Positions 58,612 through 64,000 of a DNA stretch of 64,000 nt are shown here, in pieces. The stretch's first letter is position 1. Each line of letters starts with the position of its first letter. This DNA is from Leucoraja ocellata. Lineage: Eukaryota. The notes under the pieces are model-generated. The model saw only the letters and a program-made list of their open reading frames with translations, searched no databases and was not told where the DNA came from. A program made the translations under genes and the position numbers. Location: positions 4,464,001-4,528,000 of the forward strand of contig JAWMAR010000070.1 of NCBI GenBank assembly GCA_036785375.1, given 5' to 3'.

Positions 58612-59430
58612 ATCGACAAAAGTGGTGAATACTGCCCATTCCGTCGATGGTTCTCACCTCCCCACCCTCGCAGGGATTTACAAGAATCGCTGCCTCAAAA
58701 GGACAGCCAGCATGATCAGAGGCCCACACAAACATGGCCACGAACCCATCTCAACCCTACCATCGGAAGACGGTACAGGAACTGAAAAACTATAATGACT
58801 AGCTTCAGAGCAGCTTCCTCCCAACAGCCATCAGGTTAGTAAACACAATAACCTCCAATAAACTCTGACCGACATAGACTAGGATGGGATTAATTTTGTC
58901 TTTTGCAATATTATTGTGTGCTTATTTNNNNNNNNNNNNNNNNNNNNNNNNNNNNNNNNNNNNNNNNNNNNNNNNNNNNNNNNNNNNNNNNNNNNNNNNN
59001 NNNNNNNNNNNNNNNNNNNNNNNNNNNNNNNNNNNNNNNNNNNNNNNNNNNNNNNNNNNNNNNNNNNNNNNNNNNNNNNNNNNNNNNNNNNNNNNNNNNN
59101 NNNNNNNNNNNNNNNNNNNNNNNNNNNNNNNNNNNNNNNNNNNNNNNNNNNNNNNNNNNNNNNNNNNNNNNNNNNNNNNNNNNNNNNNNNNNNNNNNNNN
59201 NNNNNNNNNNNNNNNNNNNNNNNNNNNNNNNNNNNNNNNGATATCGGATATATGATATAGTATTATAATATAATATATTAAATATCACACACATACTTAC
59301 ACATACACACTGAACTTTTTATCGTTTAAATTATTTACATAGTCCTATGTTTATATATTCTGTTATGCTGCTGCAGGTAAGAATGTCATTGTTCTGTATG
59401 GGACATGTGACAATAAAACACTTTTGATTT
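58612..59430 (+). mobile_element. Second Rex1-like 3' fragment spanning the gap
   Basis: KVVNTAHSV.G..LPTL..IYK.RCLKR.ASMI. Confidence 0.65.
58928..59239. other. Assembly gap
   Basis: Run of N. Confidence 1.
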
Positions 59431-59717
59431 TGATCTCAGCTTTTTAGCCAGATCAATGAAAGGAATTAAGTTGGAATATGTGTGAGGATGGATATCGCCA
59501 CTAGACAACTATCGTATGGATAGAAGACATTGAAAATAATGGCAATTGAATACATTAGCCAATGATGGGCTAATTGGGAAAGGGGATGCAACTTGAAAGA
59601 ATAAATTTGTGAAAGCTTGCCAAATTTAGCATGTGCATAGATTATGCCGCAGGAGCTTGATAAAACAGAGGAGCGAAGACAAGGCCGCAAAGAATACAGT
59701 TCCAATAAATAGTTTCC

Positions 59718-60035
59718 CTAAGAAACAACGCTGGCATAAATTGGCTGTGCAGAATCTTGCAGGTTGCCAGGGGACCTGGCATTGCCCTTTCGGGTACGGC
59801 TTGGTAAGTTAACATTTGCATAGGTGACATTGTCCTCACTGGTGACAGGATACTTTCCTTGTGAGATGACGTCGTCTTTGTTGGTAACGGACTGTCCCAT
59901 CCTCGATCGCCTTTGAAACTGCACGGCTGCATACATGATCCCGCTGTCATTGTTGGCCAACTGGTCAGCTGCCTCGTCGTCTCGGGAATGCTGCAGATTG
60001 ACACGAGCAGGTCTTTCTCGCCGTGTTGGTATTTC
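59718..60035 (-). CDS. Gene D terminal cytoplasmic exon with two ITIMs and one ITIM-like motif
   Basis: TTCTGTTAG acceptor, 318 nt. IMYAAV and VTYANV fit (I/V/L/S)xYxx(L/V/I); PIYASV is C-terminal and ITIM-like. Confidence 0.85.
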   Translation of the reverse strand, partial: EIPTRRERPARVNLQHSRDDEAADQLANNDSGIMYAAVQFQRRSRMGQSVTNKDDVISQGKYPVTSEDNVTYANVNLPSRTRKGNARSPGNLQDSAQPIYASVVS

Positions 60036-62308
60036 CTAACAGAAACAAAAATGAAGATCCAATTTACAATCTGACGGAAGGCGGAAGGCGTAGTCTACTC
60101 TTCCAAGTCAATAACACAGCGAGTTTGCGGATGTTTCCACTAGTGGGGGTGTCAGACTAAAAGGACGTACCTTTAGAAAGGAGACGAGAAGGCATTTCTT
60201 TAGTCAATGGGTGGTGAATCTGTTGAATTCATTGCCAAAAAAAGGCTGCGACGAGGGACAAAAGTGCGAAAACGCGCCCCTCCAGATTCAGGGACAGTTT
60301 CTTCCCAGTTATTATCAGGCAACTGAACTGTCCTATCAACAACCACAGAACTATCGTCTACCTCATTAGGGACCCTCGAACTATTTTTAATCGGACTTTA
60401 GTAGACTTTATCCTGCACTAAACATTATTCCTTTTATCCTGTATTTGTATCTGTGGACGGAGTACTTTGTAATCACGAAAAGTCTTTCCCCTGACTGAAT
60501 AGCACAGAATGAAACGATTTTCACGGTACCTAGTACACTGCACACCGTGACAATAAACCAAACCAAACCAAACCTCATCATCGTTCAGCCATGGAAGTTC
60601 CTTCGGGATATTTATTATAGCCCTGCTCCTGCTGTCATGCTTAGAGCAGAAGATTGTGGCATTCTCTCTTCAGTAATTAGCTTCAAAAAGCGGAGAGGCT
60701 GCTGTTAACATTGAAATTTTGCAAGAAATTGACAAATCTATCGCAATGTATTTAATGTGACAAAAACATCATTCAACTTGGTGGTCACTAATACAGAGTT
60801 AATTTGTCAAATGTTCAAGTGTGATCAAGTTCAGTTGTGGCACGTAAATTGGTATATGTTTCCCCACAAACACTGTTCACAGCAGCGCTAATACCATATA
60901 ACCATATAACAATTACAGCACGGAAACAGGCCATCTCGACCCTTCTAGTCCGCGCCGAACACGTTTCTCCCCTAGTCCCATCTACCTGCGCTCAGACCAT
61001 AACCCTCCATTCCTTTCCCGTCCATATAACTATCCAATTTATTTTTAAATGATAAAAACGAACCTGCCTCCACCACCTTCACTGGAAGCTCATTCCACAC
61101 CGCCACCACTCTCTGAGTAAAGAAGTTCCCCCTCATATTACCCCTAAACTTCTGTCCCTTAATTCTGAAGTCATGTCCTCTTGTTTGAATCTTCCCTATT
61201 CTCAAAGGGAAAAGCTTGTCCTCATCAACTCTGTCTATCCCTCTCATCATTTTAAAGACCTCTATCAGGTCCCCCCTTAACCTTCTGCGCTCCAGAGAAT
61301 AAAGACCTAACTTATTCAACCTATCTCTGTAACTTAGTTGTTGAAACCCAGACAACATTCTAGTAAATCTCCTCTGTACTCTCTCTATTTTGTTGACATC
61401 CTTCCTATAATTAGGCGACCAAATTGTACACCATACTCCAGAATTGGCCTCACCAATGCCTTGTACAATTTTAACATTACATCCCAACTTCTATACTCAA
61501 TGCTCTGATATAAAGGCCAGCACACCAAAAGCTTTCTTCGCCACCCTATCTACATGAGATTCTACATTCAGGGAACTGTGCACAGTTATTCCCAGATCCC
61601 TCTGTTCACCTGCATTCTTCAATTCCCTACCATTTACCATGTACGTCCTATTTTGATTTGTCCTGCCACGATGTAGCACCTCACACTTATCAGCATTAAA
61701 CTCCATCTGCCATCTTTCAGCCCACTCTTCCAACTGACATAAATCCCTCTGTAGACTTTGAAAATCTACTTCATTATCCAAAACCATAATGAATGCTAAG
61801 ATATCAGGAGGGGGTCAGGTTTAAGAGATAATAAAGTATGAAAAACCATGACCACTGATCAATCAACTGGCTTCCCAGACTAGTTTTTTTTCTGATTGCA
61901 CATGGATATTTGGGAACAAGAGGCACGTCTGTGTAGCAATTAGCAAAGCCTTTCTCTAACATTAGATACAAGGCTAAACTTATTCTGCAGCTGCCAATCG
62001 CAATTAAAGATTGACGTCACTCCAATGACTAGTCAAGTAAAATATCATGGACGCTTTTAAGTAAAGTCTGGAAAAACACAAGAGGGAAAATAAGGATTGC
62101 AAGGATATGCTGATGTGCTTCCATGTACAGAGGTATTTGGAGGTTTGTGTATAGCATGGATACTGGGGAGGGCTGGTGGGGCTGAATGTCCTGTGTAGTC
62201 CCCTAAAACCTGATTTTGAAAAGATTTAAACATTCAATGAATCCATATTTCATGTCCTTACCTGGGTTCCATTTGCCCTGTCTCTGCGTTGTGTGTTGCA
62301 CTTGGATT
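59718..62308 (-). CDS. Gene D 3' end (5' part outside window): inhibitory receptor cytoplasmic tail with ITIMs
   Basis: Micro-exon 62308-62262 (SKCNTQRRDRANGTQ, donor GTAAGG, phase 0) splices in frame to terminal exon 60035-59718 (EIPTRRERP...IMYAAV...VTYANV...PIYASVVS*). Confidence 0.8.
60891..61787 (-). mobile_element. CR1 LINE of a second subfamily, ORF2 C-terminus
   Basis: LQRDL..WQMEFNADKC, ERVQRRFTRM, FFTQRVVAVWNELP. Confidence 0.93.
62262..62308 (-). CDS. Gene D 47-nt cytoplasmic micro-exon
   Basis: TTGCAG acceptor and CAG|GTAAGG donor, phase 1-0. Confidence 0.7.
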
Positions 62309-62721
62309 CTGCAATATACAATGCTATTGTTGTAAGGACCATGTCAATGTACAGGCCATGTTTCAACATCTATGCGTTACATTCTGATACAGTTACATTC
62401 TTATTTCAATGAGCGTCATCTGCTTTGATCTGCTCTTGTTCACGCCTTACATGCTCTTTGTACCCTTCCGTATCTCTAGTTTCCCTCTCCCCTGATTCTC
62501 AGTCTGAAGGAGGATCTCCATCCGAAACGTCACCCATTCCTTCTCTCTGGTGATGCTGCCTGTCCCGTTGAATTACTCCGGCATTTTGTGTCTATCTTTT
62601 GTGTAAATCAGCATCTACAATTTCTTCCAACAGAAACTATCAGCATCTCACTTCAAACCAACTTCATAGCTGTGATGCAACTTTTCCTCTCCATATTGAG
62701 GCTGAGTTCCCGTCATGTGAA

Positions 62722-63785
62722 ATAATAATAATAATTATTATTATTTTTTTAATTTTATTTTTATTAGAAGTACGGTAAATTACAATCCTACACAACACAT
62801 ATATCTTAATACATTTTTTGTACCGCTTCATTTTTTTTTGAGCTTTAAGAAAAAGGTAGAAGTAAGGAAAGTAAAGAAAGTGCAAGAGAGTCGTGCAGTG
62901 CAAGAGTGTAAGGAAAAGAAAGCCCCTTAGGAAAGAAGTTAGAGAAGGAAGTAAAGTGAGAAAATAAACCCTAGAAAAGAAAGAAAGAGAAAATAGAAAC
63001 AATCGCTCTATTATAACATTAAACTCCGCAGAAAGGAGACTACCAACCAAGTCTGTTTTTGTTATTTTACCTCCCGTTACCAGGTCCTGATTCCGCTTAT
63101 TTATATATTTGTTTTTTTTTAGATTACTATTGCACCTCATACTTGTAATAGGTCCAGAAACATAGACCACGTATTTTGGAATTGGTCTGCTTTACCTGCT
63201 AGGAGGAATCTCATCTCTTCCAGATGTAATGTTTCAAACATATTTGATATCCACATTTTTATTGTTGGTGTCGGCGCATTTTTCCAGAATTTAAGTATAA
63301 GCTTTTTTCCCATTATTAGCCCGTAATTAAATAAATTCTTCTGAAACACGTTTAATTCAGGGTTACCTTCCGATATTCCGAAGATAATCCATTCTGGTTT
63401 TGGTACCAGTTTTATTTTGATCAATTTTGAAAAAATATCAAATATTTCATACCAGAATTTTTGGATTTTTGTACAAAAAACAAAAGAGTGCGCTATGGTA
63501 GCTTCTTGACATAGGCATTTATCACAGATTGGTGAAACATTAGGGAAGATTTTATTTAATTTAGTTTTTGAATAATATAATCTATGTAATGTTTTAAATT
63601 GGATGAGCGTATGTCGTACGTTGATCGAACATTTATGCACCTGTAATAAATGATTATCCCAGGTCTCTTTTGAGATTTTTATAGCTAATTCTTGTTCCCA
63701 ATCTTTTCTAATTCCATCTGTTGTGGGTATTTCTATGTTTAAAATGATATTATATAGGTACGATATTAAATTAGCTGATTCCGCC
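62722..63785 (-). mobile_element. L1-clade LINE ORF2 C-terminus plus 3'UTR
   Basis: LIQFKTLHRLYYS..CDKC....ATIAHSFVFC zinc knuckle; AATAAA followed by an A-rich tail. Confidence 0.85.
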
Positions 63786-64000
63786 GTGAAAGAATTAGAT
63801 TGAGCTCCTAGGGCTAACGGAATTAATGGGTGTGGGGAGAAAGCAGAAACGGGGTACTGACTTTGTATGATCAGCCATGATCATTTTCAATGGCGGTGCT
63901 GGCTTGAAGGGTCGAAAGGCTTATTCCTGCACCTATTTTCTATTGTCTATTTTCTATTTTTCTATGTGGAGTTAAGCAGTACTGTCACCCGGATGCAGTG

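Noticed and set aside
1-64000. CRISPR arrays or prokaryotic systems
   Set aside because: Intron-containing vertebrate DNA; no regularly spaced repeat-spacer array.

Overview
Vertebrate genomic DNA with spliceosomal introns. The repeat content (CR1, tRNA-derived SINEs, Penelope, L2, Rex1, L1) suggests a cartilaginous fish, probably a skate; this is inference. The minus strand carries a tandem array of about 18-19 kb units of CD300/pIgR-like multi-Ig-domain receptor genes, resembling the skate modular domain immune-type receptors (MDIRs). I reconstructed exons by hand from GT-AG sites and reading phase. Gene A (14816 to <1820, last exon outside the window) and gene B (33074-17514) read Leader-V-V-V-C2-linker-V-C2-microexon-stalk-TM-short tail. 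Gene C (52077-36907) reads Leader-V-C2-V-C2-linker-V-C2-microexon-stalk-TM-short tail. All three have an Arg/Glu-bearing TM; B and C end in a tyrosine-free tail, so they look activating. At the right end are the last two exons of a gene D with an ITIM-bearing (inhibitory) tail, giving a paired-receptor layout. Visible signs of recent remodelling include a C2 exon copied into gene C between 110-bp direct repeats, a hybrid V exon, mutated splice acceptors rescued by in-frame AGs, and mosaic retroelement sharing between paralogues. Many Penelope-derived inserts carry minimal hammerhead-ribozyme-like cores. Two assembly gaps are present. Most ORFs in the supplied track are spurious or are exon read-throughs.
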